DNA of 60,765 nucleotides, filler included, from Dugesia japonica (taxonomy: Eukaryota), in assembly GCA_001938525.1 (NCBI GenBank). It is 5 parts of 5 records of this genome, joined end to end, with 100 filler letters (N's around TTAATTAATTAA, not from the genome) between each part and the next. Parts side by side here need not be neighbours in the genome. Positions count along the whole stretch, not along the records: positions 10,156 to 19,197 come from MQRL01646825.1; positions 19,298 to 28,128 come from MQRL01485238.1; 3 more parts are not named here. The stretch is one strand, 5' to 3'. Below the pieces are notes generated by a model, which ran no database searches, was not told the DNA's origin, and worked only from the letters and a program-made list of their open reading frames with translations. The translations under genes and the position numbers were made by a program. Of the stretch, positions 11,694-24,541 are shown piece after piece (within the stretch, counting starts at the first letter, position 1; the number at the start of each line of letters is the position of its first letter).

Positions 11694-12287
11694 ATTGATA
11701 ATTAGAAACATGATTTTTCACTGACTGAAAATTAATTTGGACTTTTTCATTGCTTTTATTTTATTTGTATTGTGATAAATCTTTTGTTTTTTATAGATAT
11801 GTTGTCCATACAATTCTTATTTTNNNNNNNNNNNNNNNNNNNNNNNNNNNNNNNNNNNNNNNNNNNNNNNNNNNNNNNNNNNNNNNNNNNNNNNNNNNNN
11901 NNNNNNNNNNNNNNNNNNNNNNNNNNNNNNNNNNNNNNNNNNNNNNNNNNNNNNNNNNNNNNNNNNNNNNNNNNNNNNNNNNNNNNNNNNNNNTTTTATT
12001 AATAAAATTATAGCAAGAATCATAGCGAAGATTATGATAATAATAATCAATAATTATGATAATAATAATCAATAATTATAATAATAATAATTACTATTAT
12101 TATTATGGTATTTATACCATGTATGTTATTGGCCATAATGATAATGGCAATTAGTAATAAATTAACAACCACATTGGTGATGTTACTATTATGGATAAAA
12201 CTTTTTGACGATTATGGAAGTAGTAACGATAGCATGAGTAATAATTATAAAGGTAACAATGATAATAATAATGATAATAGTAAAAAT

Positions 12288-12650
12288 CAGGCCCGGCCTG
12301 AGCATTTGACGTGCCATAGACCAAGGTTTTAAATTTCGCCCATCCACTTTAATTTTCTCAAAAAATCTCACGAAAACATTTCGCCAATGTATTGTATTTT
12401 CATTCATGAGTTTTTTATTAAATGAGTCAATTGTTTTTCCTTCATTCAATCTTCTAACCAAGTCATTTCATGCTCTTTTAATATGGTCGATACATTTTTC
12501 CAGTCATTAAATCCTTTCGCAGTTAGTGCTATTTCTATCTTATATAAAAGCCTGCATGGAAAACAAAAAAAGGATTGATTTAATTTTTTTGTATATATTT
12601 GGTCCCCAATTTACCGTGGCCTTACTGGCTCGGCTCTAAGGCCGGTCATG
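12288..12650. mobile_element. hAT-type MITE
   Basis: Ends CAGGCCCGGCCTGAG / CTAAGGCCGGTCATG form imperfect TIRs. Flanking 8-mers gtaaaaat / gtaataat (7/8) are the TSD. Confidence 0.7.
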
Positions 12651-13167
12651 GTAATAATCCTATTATTAATGATAAAACTGATGGCGTTAATGAAATTAAT
12701 AAAGTTATAATAGCAATAAGAAAGATCAATAGAATATAACGAGTCTTATTATCAATAACTATAATATTATCATAATTGTTATAATTTCACGGGTTTAATT
12801 TGTGTATTGATTGATTTCAAATGATTTTGTAATTTTTTGAAGTTCAAAAGTATTTATATACTGTTCTGTAAGCTTTGTGCATTTTCCATAGATTAATTAT
12901 TATTTGATACCTCATTTTTTCATTAATTTTACTATTTTTCTTTTATATTTTTTTCAGTTGATACGTTATGTTTTGGATATTTGAGATTACCTTTACGGTT
13001 TTGGGTAATACTTTAGATTATGAATTTATTTAGTTTAATTTCCGAATTTATTGTTTGATATTATTGGTTTTCTAATCTTGGGTTTCTATGCCATAACAAA
13101 TTAATTTTATTCCTGTAATTGGTTATTTTGTTATTTGTGAAGATTAATCGATTGCATTAGCATTAAT

Positions 13168-13638
13168 CAGGGTCGCTCCAACCACAGGGCTACATGGGCA
13201 ATAGCCCCAGGACGCAAGCCTTTTGGGGTGGCAATTTTTTTTGCGATATATACATTTTTTTGTTCTTATTAGTCATTTAGTTATTAGTTTTACAAAAATT
13301 CATTTTTCATTTTATTAGTTTGCATCTATTTTTAAATCAAAACAATTTCTTAAAATATTTAACTGATTTTTATATTCAAATGTGCTGGAATGACTAAAGA
13401 TATTACAATAATTTATGGTGCCATAAACTTCGATAGACGACTTAAATGTAAACAGACCACCTATGTATACTCGCCGCCCGGGTGTATTTCTTTTTCTAAA
13501 CGTAATTTGTATTATTTATTAATTTGTATAATTTTGCCGGACACCAAGCTCCCGTTTGTTATTCTGTGAATTTTCTTACGAAGACTGGCGCATTATTTTT
13601 AGTAGCCTACGGGCGTCGAATCTCTTAAGACGGCCCTG
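13168..13638. mobile_element. hAT-type MITE
   Basis: TIRs CAGGGTCGCCT / AGACGGCCCTG; 8-bp TSD gcattaat / ccattaat. Confidence 0.75.
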
Positions 13639-14191
13639 CCATTAATATTTCCTATGTTGCTAAATTGCCCCGAACATGAATTAGTCATAAAATCTACTTA
13701 GTTCATGAAAAAGAAAAGTTTGTTTCATAATTTATGAATTTGGTAAGAATAGTTTAGTTAATGTAGTGTATTGAGCACACTAAATAAAAACCTTCATGTG
13801 CTGTTTATTTCAACCAAACGAACTAACACATTGGATGTGTTCATAATCTTTTTCCATTTGTTAACTTGATGATAATTAATAATCTTATTCGAAATTATTT
13901 ACATACATTTAGTTATTTAAAGTCCATATTTTGAGTCACATATTTTATGCGATATTAAATACCGTTGATTTTATTCACATAACATACCTATTAGTAATAG
14001 TAAATAGTCGAACGAATGTTAAAACTCAAATTTTAAACAATATTTTTTTAATTACGAATTTATCAAAAAATTAAAAAAAAATAATTTCTAATCTTTGATT
14101 GGTTTATTAAATAAAAGAAAAAAATTCGATATGTATTACAGCTTATTTTACTTAAAATTTCGATATTACAAATTTTTGATGTTACTGTAAT

Positions 14192-14579
14192 CAATGTTCC
14201 CTATAACTTTTTATGGTAATGCGCAGAAAAATGTTACTTGGGGAACTTTTTTTAAGTTTGGGAAAATTTGAGAGCTCATAATTTTCTTTTTATTGACATT
14301 ACAATTAAAGACCAGACACTAGAGCAACTTTATTTTTACCAAATAACTTTAATATAAAGCATACAATATCATAATTATGTTTTTGATTACTATTACTATT
14401 GACTTACTATTTTTGATAATTTTAGTTTATAAGACTAATTTTAAATGGCAAATGTTTTTAGAAAAAATAAAACTTAAATAATGTAGTAAAATGAGTTAAA
14501 ATTACATTTTTATCATACTGTATTCTGTGCGCGGCAAATAATTTTTACGAAATTTGCGCGCAACTTAGAGGGAACATTG
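14192..14579. mobile_element. hAT-type MITE
   Basis: TIRs CAATGTTCCCTATAA / TTAGAGGGAACATTG; flanks actgtaat / actgtatg. Confidence 0.7.
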
Positions 14580-15444
14580 ACTGTATGATTTGCATTCTTT
14601 GAAATTACTAAGACTTTTATTCAATCTATCANNNNNNNNNNNNNNNNNNNNNNNNNNNNNNNNNNNNNNNNNNNNNNNNNNNNNNNNNNNNNNNNNNNNN
14701 NNNNNNNNNNNNNNNNNNNNNNNNNNNNNNNNNNNNNNNNNNNNNNNNNNNNNNNNNNNNNNNNNNNNNNNNNNNNNNAACTGAATTTGTAATTTCAGTA
14801 TATTATCAATTCGTTTAGGAAATATGACGTAATCTCGATGTAATTAATTTGCAGTACAGAAGTTTCAAATCAATTAATAACGGAAAATAATTTATTAATT
14901 AAATTATTAATCATTTACTTACAAACATTTTTCGAACAGCACTAAATCTACTTTNNNNNNNNNNNNNNNNNNNNNNNNNNNNNNNNNNNNNNNNNNNNNN
15001 NNNNGTAGTAAAATGAGTTAAAATTACATTTTTATCATACTGTATTCTGTGCGCGGCAAATAATTTTTACGAAATTTGCGCGCAACTTAGAGGGAACATT
15101 GACTGTATGATTTGCATTCTTTGAAATTACTAAGACTTTTATTCAATCTATCACACAACCAAATTACCATACTCTTCTCAATTGCAATACTATATAATTA
15201 AATTAAACTGGAAACTTTTTAATTTTTACATTTTCAAACAGTCATGTTACAGTTTAACCCTATGTCCATTCAGAAATTAAGCCTACCTTTTTCATAAATG
15301 AACTGAATTTGTAATTTCAGTATATTATCAATTCGTTTAGGAAATATGACGTAATCTCGATGTAATTAATTTGCAGTACAGAAGTTTCAAATCAATTAAT
15401 AACGGAAAATAATTTATTAATTAAATTATTAATCATTTACTTAC

Positions 15445-15806
15445 AAACATTTTTCGAACAGCACTAAATCTACTTTTACATATAACTTCCCAAGCTCCAC
15501 GTTCTAAATAATCATTATTCACATAGAGATAATAATATTTCAACTTTCAAGTATGGTTTTCTTTTGAGGACTAAGTGCTACAGTCTTGTTGGAAAATGTT
15601 GGCATCTGAATATAATTTTTATGTTTCTAGGATTCAAGTACTGCTACACGTTTTGATTTTAAATTAGATTCAGAACTTATTAGTGATGCTAATCCAAATC
15701 CAATAGGACCACTTCTTACTATACACACATCATAATGTGCACCAAAAGAATAATTTCTTTTTGAAATGAAATTACAATTTTTTATAATTTTAAAAGTATT
15801 TTTCAT
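15445..15806 (-). pseudogene. COQ6: COQ6-like FAD monooxygenase, first two exons only, with an in-frame stop
   Basis: MKNTFKIIKNCNFISKRNYS (mitochondrial-type leader), YDVCIVRSGPIG (decayed GxGxxG), VAVLES*, FSNKTVALSP, a short intron, then RGAWEVICKSRFSAVRKMF followed by GTAAGT. TAG at 15627-15629. No downstream exon is recognisable. Confidence 0.72.
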
Positions 15807-15909
15807 TTACGTATTATATAATAATTACTTTTTCCTTAATTAAATTCTTTAAAGAAATAAAACTTAAATACTAGTAGTAAAATCGTATTCTTAAATTAAG
15901 TACTAATTA

Positions 15910-17327
15910 AGTTTACTGGAGAGCAAATAAAAAAGCATGGGTCACAGCTGATATAGTTCTTGAATAGTTTTTCAACTGCTTCGTACCGGAAATCGAAAAT
16001 TATTCAAAATCTAAAGATATCAGTTTCCAAGCTTTACTACTCATAGACTATGTTCCAGGACATCCAGAAGACCTAGTTCATCCAAACGTAAAAGTAACTT
16101 TTTTGCCACGCAATACGACATCAATAATACAATCGCTTGACCATGGTATTAAAAAAACAAGTAAATCATATTACATACGTAGAAAACTTGAGTTTATATT
16201 GGAAAAATTCGAATGTAGTCCAGGTATGAAATTACCTGAGATGTTGAAAGAATTTTATATTTTAAAATGTGTTGATTTAATAATTTTTATCTGTGCAAGA
16301 ATTGAAGTATTCGACACTAAATGCTGGTTGGAAAAATTTTGAAAAAAATTTGGCCTGAAGTCGTTTTGCAAGAAAATTATATAAGTTGTACAAGTATGAT
16401 TATCAATTCTATTGTAAATATGGCTAGATCAGTGGGTGGAGAAGAATTTGACGGCATGAATGAAGAAGTAATTTTAGATTTAATAAATGTTGATGCAGAT
16501 TTAGACGAGGAAGAGNNNNNNNNNNNNNNNNATACATCTCAGCTAAATAATATAAATAATTCGATAGAAAGCTCATTGCAGATTATTGACGAATGAGACG
16601 AAAATGTGTGTATTAAAACCCTAGATAAAACAGTACAACTGGGCTAACAATTGGAAGAATGTGTTACAAATTTTGATCCCTCAGAAGAACGTTCTACTGA
16701 ATTTAAAATAAATATTAAAAACTGTTTTGCCCCTTATGTAAAAATGCAAAAAAAACATTAAATAGCACATGAAAAATCACTTCTTAATAAATACGCTTTT
16801 TAAATAAAGAAAATAAGAAAAATTTAAAAACCTTGGCACAAAAAAGATATCGTTGGAACATTATTTTAGATAGCTACGACAGCGAATAAATATTTATTAT
16901 TTACATACTCCATTTTTATTTGGAATGCTTTAACTTTTATTTTNGATTTTTTTTGTTTTAAATTGAAATAAACGTACGTCTTTGTTCATAACAAACTGTT
17001 TCTTTAGCACTAAACCTACTGTAATTCCATACATACATATTTCTTACACAACGGGTCAAGGGACCCGCGGAGAAAAAATTATGTATTTTAAGAAAAGAAA
17101 ACCCTTTAGTTCAATTTAGTATATGAATATAATACTTTTAAAATAATCATATCAACTAGTTTATTTATTAAATAAATAAAAACATAAAAATCTCAAATTT
17201 GGAAATAATTATAAATAAACCTTAGTTAAGTTAATTCTGTATAAACAGCGCGTTATATGGGAGTACTCCTATAGCACGTTTTCCTATAAAGCGGTACGTA
17301 TCTACCGCGTTAAGCGAGGAATAACTG
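15910..17327 (+). mobile_element. pogo/Tigger DNA transposon, 5'-truncated, decayed DDE_1 transposase
   Basis: LLIDYVPGHPEDL..NVKVTFLPRNTTSIIQSLDHGI motif. Right TIR CGCGTTAAGCGAGGAATAACTG is followed by TA. Confidence 0.85.
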
Positions 17328-17374
17328 TATTACTTAATAATAATAATAATAATCATCATAATAATAATATTTAC

Positions 17375-17428
<54 letters not shown>

Positions 17429-18114
17429 NNNNNNNNNNNNNNNNNNNNNNNNNNNNNNNNNNNNNNNNNNNNNNNNNNNNNNNNNNNNNNNNNNNNNNNN
17501 NNNNNNNNNNNNNNNNNNNNTTATTATTATTATTATTATAACTTCAGTTGAACAATTACTCAGTCAGATTGATATACAAAAGGAATGAATATATTTAAAT
17601 GATTAAAATATGTAATAAATAATGAAGTAATTAGTGAAAAATAAATGAAGAAAAATTAATTAATGTAACTTAAATATTATACAATCGCTTTGTCTTTATT
17701 AAAAACTTAATAAACTTGTAATATTAATCGGCCCATAGCAACTGATTCGATAGTATTGAGTTATATCACATTTAAACAGTTGGGTACGTAACACATCTAT
17801 ACTCATACATTTATTTATCAAGAAACATGTCACAATAACGTCTGCATATTAAAAATAAATTATATTAACAACAAAATTATGAAATCATGAATTTAGGCTT
17901 TGAGATTTCATCTTTTTATCGATATTTTGTAATTCTAAAACAATAGAAATATTGCATGCGTATTTATCTGCCAATATTAAATCTCTGCTTATGCAATCAT
18001 ATATTTTATTGGTGTATTTTATGGATATCAGCTGATTTATCGCAACATTTTCATTCTTAACCAGCAAGCATTTTTTATTTGTTTTTTATTTGAAATATAA
18101 TTTTGACAACATTG

Positions 18115-18933
18115 ATGATAACTTTGACAGTGATTCTTTCATTAATTTTCTTGATATTTTCAGTTTCAATTAATTGCGACTGTTTAGGAGAATATAATGA
18201 AGAAAAAGTTTACATTAGAATACCACAGAAAATAAAGAATCGTATCTCTATGAAAGTTCTTGGTCAGCAAATAGCTCCTTTAGAAAATGATTTTATGCCT
18301 CCATTATACAGTCTTAATGAAATTAAATTATTTAAAATCCTCGGAGACAATTTAGATCCTTTTTGGTCATCAGTTAACAAACCGGTTGTCCAAAACGATA
18401 ATAGATCATTATCGTATGATCCGAGGCTAGAGCAATTTCTAGATAAATTGAATATTACTCATGTAAAGGAAGAGAAAATATCTGAAAATTTAAAACAACA
18501 AATCGAAAACTGGTTGTTGGATAAATCAACTTGTCAAATAGAATATTTCTGGGAGGATCTGGGAAACTTATTTTGGCCTCAATATATTAGACGAGCAAAA
18601 TGTGTGAACTTCAATTTCAGGTCTTGTTCTTGGCCACCAGGAATGAGATGTAGGCTCGGAGGAAAAAAACTAATTCATTATCTTCGATGGAGTTGTTTTG
18701 AAACAGATCAATCAGAAATTCAAAACAGACGAAAACGTATTAATTTTAAACGTAATAGAAACCAAATAAATAATAAACAATCCAATTTGCGTTCATTTTG
18801 GAAACCGAATAAAAGGAAAAGGCGATTGAAAAATTTGATTAAAAGTACAGGAATTTGGAAAAATGGATACCGATGTGAATGGAGAATCAAAAGAATAAAT
18901 ATTTCAAATAGATGTGAATGTGGTTGTGAATAA
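18115..18933 (+). CDS. Noggin-like secreted cystine-knot protein (second tandem paralog), intronless
   Basis: First ATG at 18115 (the ORF track starts at TTG 18103). Signal peptide; WLLDKSTC, WEDLGNLFWPQYIR, SCSWPPGMRC, LRWSC, a 59-aa basic insertion and CECGC. Confidence 0.92.
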   Translation: MITLTVILSLIFLIFSVSINCDCLGEYNEEKVYIRIPQKIKNRISMKVLGQQIAPLENDFMPPLYSLNEIKLFKILGDNLDPFWSSVNKPVVQNDNRSLSYDPRLEQFLDKLNITHVKEEKISENLKQQIENWLLDKSTCQIEYFWEDLGNLFWPQYIRRAKCVNFNFRSCSWPPGMRCRLGGKKLIHYLRWSCFETDQSEIQNRRKRINFKRNRNQINNKQSNLRSFWKPNKRKRRLKNLIKSTGIWKNGYRCEWRIKRINISNRCECGCE

Positions 18934-19139
18934 AATATTTAAAATATTCCACTTTTTTTTGCAAAAATTAGGAATTATGGGAAATTTTTTGAAAGTAGAG
19001 TTTATTATTGATTTCTATAATTTATTAATTACGTGAAGTGTGTTATCGCGAACTGTCAATAAAAAAATATTTTACTGTTATTTTCAATTGACAAATATAA
19101 ATTATGTTTGTTACTAATTAATAAAATTTATTATTATTA

Positions 19140-19197
<58 letters not shown>

Positions 19198-19297
19198 NNN
19201 NNNNNNNNNNNNNNNNNNNNNNNNNNNNNNNNNNNNNNNNNTTAATTAATTAANNNNNNNNNNNNNNNNNNNNNNNNNNNNNNNNNNNNNNNNNNNN
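19198..19297. other. Artificial scaffold spacer
   Basis: 44N-TTAATTAATTAA-44N. Confidence 0.95.
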
Positions 19298-21479
19298 TCC
19301 TGCCTGGCTATCTGTTCTTTATGGTTTTCAGTTGCAGATCTTTTTGTCTGAGTCGATCTTGGGTGATCCACCATGGTTCTATATCAGTGCCAGATTCTCT
19401 AAGGGACTCCCATAATACAAGCATCTCATTATATTGATTAGATGAGAAGGAGCAACCTTCGGCTTTTAAAGAGTCCGTTGCCATCAGCTTCGTTATAGGT
19501 CTCGACATCTAAGTAAATAAGAATATCATTACATGATATTTACCGAATCATAATTCATATAGTTATTAATAAAACAATACTCAATATATGCTTGAACAGA
19601 TAACCAATCACTCATCATTGTAGATGGAGAGAGGTGTCCAGGATCTCAACACCATTTCACTCCAGTGTAACATGATGATCATATTACTACTACTTCTTCT
19701 TTATAAGTGTCAATTGAATTCATTTATTCGTTGAACACTCAGCTCTCTTCAAATGATGACTGTATCTCCTGTTAGCATCAATATTATACCGAACTTCTAA
19801 AGATAATAAAATTATTAGTATTTATTGATTTAAAATAATTATAAATATCAATGGTTAATGTATTCNAAAAATGAAACCTTAATTAATGATTATCATAAAT
19901 ATTAATAAGTAATAATATATAAGAAATCCAGAAGTGAGATGATTAATGAAAACTCAAATTCATATTTTCCTTGATAATTTACAATCGTAATAATACAACA
20001 ATATTCAATGAAAAGTAAGATTCAACCACCACACATCAATGTTTATCATTAACACGAGTCTCTTTTAATTTATCATTACTCTATTCCACAACTCATATTC
20101 ATTTATTCTAACTGTAATCATCTAATCATCTTTACTTTCTCATTGCCATTACCACTAGTTCGTCTCTATCATAATCACATCTCTCGTGATCAATATCCAT
20201 TCATCATATTGTTCATGATTAATATCAATGACAATTAACGTTAATTTTATACTCATAAACCTTTCTTTCATATCAACTATCAGCAAACTTTTCTATTTAT
20301 CAACTCCTCTTTATATTCATTAGCGTCGTGATCATTATCACATCTCACTAAATTCATCGACATCGTAATCACTACCACTTCGTAGCCATATCATAACTCT
20401 CTATCTTCATCATTATCATAATCATTATCATAACTCTATCTTCATCATCATTATAATCATTATCATAAAAATTCATATCATTAATTCGTATCGGTGGATA
20501 ATCTCGTGTGGATATCTGCATGATGACGATCACTTTTATCAGCAACGCTAGATAATTCTGGTCGTCACATCAGTATTCTATTCATCATTTCACATTTTAA
20601 AATAATTTAACAAAGACAAGTTAATAAATTACTTTTCCAAATATATCTTTTCCAATTTGATTCTAATAATAAAGCGACTTGAAACTTTTAACAATAAGTT
20701 ACCAAGAGCCAAACCTTAATAAAACGATGATTATCTTTGTATAATTTTTATCTACTTAAATTCTATTCTGTAGCGTCACTTTTTGACAGATCTGGTGGGT
20801 GTCCACTTACATATTGACAGAACTTGCTGAATCGTGCGGTGCTCACTCCCAGATTCGTTATAGATGACTATATTTAATCATGATTTAATTTTNANATTTT
20901 GCTCATNTAATTGTTGTTCTATATGCGATTACCGGTGCTCACTCGTCATCATAGATTTTCTCTATATTTTTATATTTCATTTTATTTAATATTTCGTTTA
21001 TCAACACAGTCAACACTTACTACTTAAAGCTTCGCTTGACATAATTATTAATTTTCTTCATGGAGATTATGTTTTACTGATCACGGTTTCGTAAAGAAGA
21101 TATATATTTGATTCCTTTAATCTTACTCGCTTCTTCATTTTCTAATTTCATCTTTGACCTGTTAATTTATTTATTATATTTATTTGTTTTATTATTAATT
21201 AATTCATTAATGATTTAATAGTATTCATCTTTATTCTGCATCATTTCCTTTAGATTCTGATTTTAATATCAGTTCTAATACATTTCTGTGCTTTTTATTG
21301 CTAATTTTCTCAGTTTATTCCGAATTATTTTCTAACAAAGCGGTTTCAGCTTAACAACTTTACTGGTTTTTGAAAATGATCAAGAGTTTATTATACTGCA
21401 GTGGTAAAATTGAATCGATTGTTGAATTTATACGATTGAACAATAAATTGCCGAATTCAAAAAAAATGGTGGATTAAAT

Positions 21480-23923
21480 GCTTACATGGATTTTGAACAC
21501 AATCAACATTAAATCGCCATGTAGCTCTATGTACATCAAATACCGAGAATACAACATTATATAAAATGCANGAAGAAAAAGAATTGAAATTTAAAGATTA
21601 TGGAAAAACAATAACACCGTCTTTCGTAATATATTCAGGTATTGAAGCTGTTCTTATACCAGCAGAAGATAGTAATCTAGTAAAGCATGTGCTAATAGCA
21701 ATAGGTCTTTTATTAATTCAATTACTGGATACAACAATAAAATGCAAGTACTATTCGTTTTCGGTGAAAAACTGTATGATTCAGTTTCTGCAAATGAATT
21801 GTCATAAAATGTAGTAGCCTTTTGGTATAAGAAAAATATGTATGCGGAAATGAAGTTGATAGCATCAGACCAGGAAGCCTTTACGACAAGCATACACTAT
21901 TACATGCCCGGAATCAATAAAAACAATGAGGTTCGTGATCATGATCACAATACTGGAAAATAACTTGGAGTTCCATTCAATCAATAAAATTTATCATGCA
22001 ATGGTTAAAATGGAGTTACCGGTCGTGTTTCATAACTTTAAAGGCTACGATTCACATCATATCATTAAATATGCGCTCAACCGATTTTCGAATTAGGATC
22101 TCAATCCAAGCGCACAGACAACTGAAAGGTTTTCTAGCAATATTTGCACATAATGGAAAACATGTTACGACACGATTTATCGATTCATTTCAGTTTCTCA
22201 GTTCTAGTTTAACAACTTTGACAAAACACTTGAAAGCTGGCCAATAACATCAACAGAATTTCTACGTGTACAACAAAAGAAGGGTATATTTCGATAAAAA
22301 TTTGCAAGTTCATATGAAATGCTCATTAATCAAACCGAGTTTCCAGCACATTGGTCAGAAATAACAAGTGAAGAATATGAAGTGTCAAAGTCAGCATGCA
22401 TAGAATCGAGAAGTAATAACTTGTTGGAATATATGATGTATTATATGAAGTTAGACATATACTTATTGGCAGAAATCTTCCAAAAATCCCGTACAAAACC
22501 ACTTGAAGAGCATGGATTGGAGCCGCTACGATTTGTTTCAATATCAAGATTGAGCTGGTCAAGTGCTCTCAAATCGATGGATAAACCAATAGAATTACTC
22601 CAAGATGCTGAAATAAACTGTTTATTTGAGTTGGAAATTCATGGAGGAATTAATTTTGTGAACAGACATTATGTCCAGGCAAATGAGAATATCTCACTGT
22701 TTTACATTGATATTAATAACCTGTATGGTTTGGCCTGAACACAGCCTTTACCATATAGAGATTTTGAATTTATATCAGAAGATCAGATAGAAAAAACATG
22801 CCAGAAGATGTTCATTAATGACAATAATGAGATTCGGTATCTGCTTGAAATTGATCTTGAAATACCGAAGGAACATCATAATAGATTAGATCAATTATCT
22901 TTGGCTCCAGAACATAAATGGCCTCTGGATCAAAAGTTAAGAGGTTTTTGATGACACATGAACCAAAACGACATTATATCGTATATTGACGATTATCGGA
23001 ATTATATATAAAGCTCGGGCTCGTTTAACTGCAGTATATAGAATAATTCAGTTCAAACAAACTATATTAATGCAAATTCAGCGAGAAGAGCAGAATCAAA
23101 GTACAAATTTGAAAAGGACTTCTACAAACTATTAAATAATTCGTTATATGGTTAGACAGTAGAGAATTTGAAAAATCGAATGTATTTCAGGCTATGTAAT
23201 AATGAGAAGAAACCTGTAACTTACACTGCCAAAGTTACATTTAAGAAAACAATGGATATCGCAAGAGGACTCAAAACTGTATTGTTTGAAAAAGATACCA
23301 TTTGTCTCAATAAATCGAGTTATATTGGCCAGGTGGTTCTGGATATGAGTAAATTGCGAATGTATAGGCTCCAATATGAAGAACTTGAAAAATATCGTCA
23401 ACAATTTCATTGCAAAATTGATATTATTGCTGGAGGCACGGATAGTTTTTTCTTATCATGTATCGGACTAGATAAAAACCAAATTTTGTCTCAGTTAAGA
23501 TAGGTTAGTCTCATGGATACAAGCAATTACCCTTAAGATCATTCCCTCTATTCCAACAATATGGCCAACAAAATTGGATTGTTTAAAGATGAAGAAAAAG
23601 GTGAGGATTATACTGAATGGGTATTCCTTAGGTCCAAATGTTATAGTTTAAAGAAAGAAGATGCTAGTACAACGATGAAGGCGAAAGGTATCAGTTTAAA
23701 ACAAACAGATATCAATCATCAAAATTATTTAAATGCATATAACAAAGATGAGGACGTAGAAGAAGAACCAAATAAAGTTATGCAGACTAGCTTCCAATCA
23801 ATAAATCACCAGATTTACACAATAGAGAGTAACAAACGCGTATTGTCTTGCCTAGATGATAAGCGCTTTTGGAGCAAAAGAAATACTAGTTTGGCCTATG
23901 GTCATTATAAAATTGATAATTAA
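21480..23923 (+). mobile_element. Polinton/Maverick protein-primed family B DNA polymerase, pseudogenised
   Basis: Across frames: YSGIEA (ExoI-like), RDHDHNTGK*LG, FHNFKGYDSHHI (ExoII), RFIDSFQFLSSSL, YIDINNLYG (motif A), YKLLNNSLYG (motif B), AGGTDSFF (motif C), GLFKDE, LRSKCYS, KAKGI and DDKR..LAYGHY. Many stops and frameshifts. Confidence 0.9.
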
Positions 23924-24541
23924 ATAATAATAAAGAAGAAAAAGAAGAAGAAACAGGAGTGTCCAAAAGACTAAGAGAAAGAAAACGAAGACGATGATTA
24001 TTTGACAACTTCTTGTGATTTTGTGTTTAAATGATGAAATAAATGTTGTTATATATTTGATTATGTTTATTATATATTATTTATATGTTAATAATAACGT
24101 AAGGAATATTAATTGTAAGAAATATTATTTATTGTATAATGACTTCTCAGATTTATTCATAGTGATATTTATAATAAGAAATATACATTTGTAGTGTTAA
24201 AATATTTTAATTAGTTATATGTAATTGATAAGTGTTAAACAAAAAAAAGAAATAAAAAAAGGTAAATAATCCGATCTATGTATACTAATAATAATAATGA
24301 AAATATATTATGTAACAGTAATTTTGTATTGATTTATGAGGGTGATTACGTAATAGGTCACATGTTATGCTTATTGTGTGTTTATTACGAATAGACCAAA
24401 TTTCACAAGTGAGCCAGAGTGAATGCTTCCTTCTACTTATAATTATAATAATAATTGTAGTAATAATAATAATAATAATNNNNNNNNNNNNNNNNNNNNN
24501 NNNNNNNNNNNNNNNNNNNNNNNNNNNNNNNNNNNNNNTTT

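Noticed and set aside
13790-13940. THWMC peptide suggestive of a Ulp1 protease histidine motif
   Set aside because: Too short; no QxNxxDCG motif found.
14483-15474. Apparent tandem duplication (14483-14954 vs 15005-15474); similarly 37322-37370 vs 37421-37467
   Set aside because: Identical sequence on both sides of N gaps, which is typical of unmerged contig overlaps.
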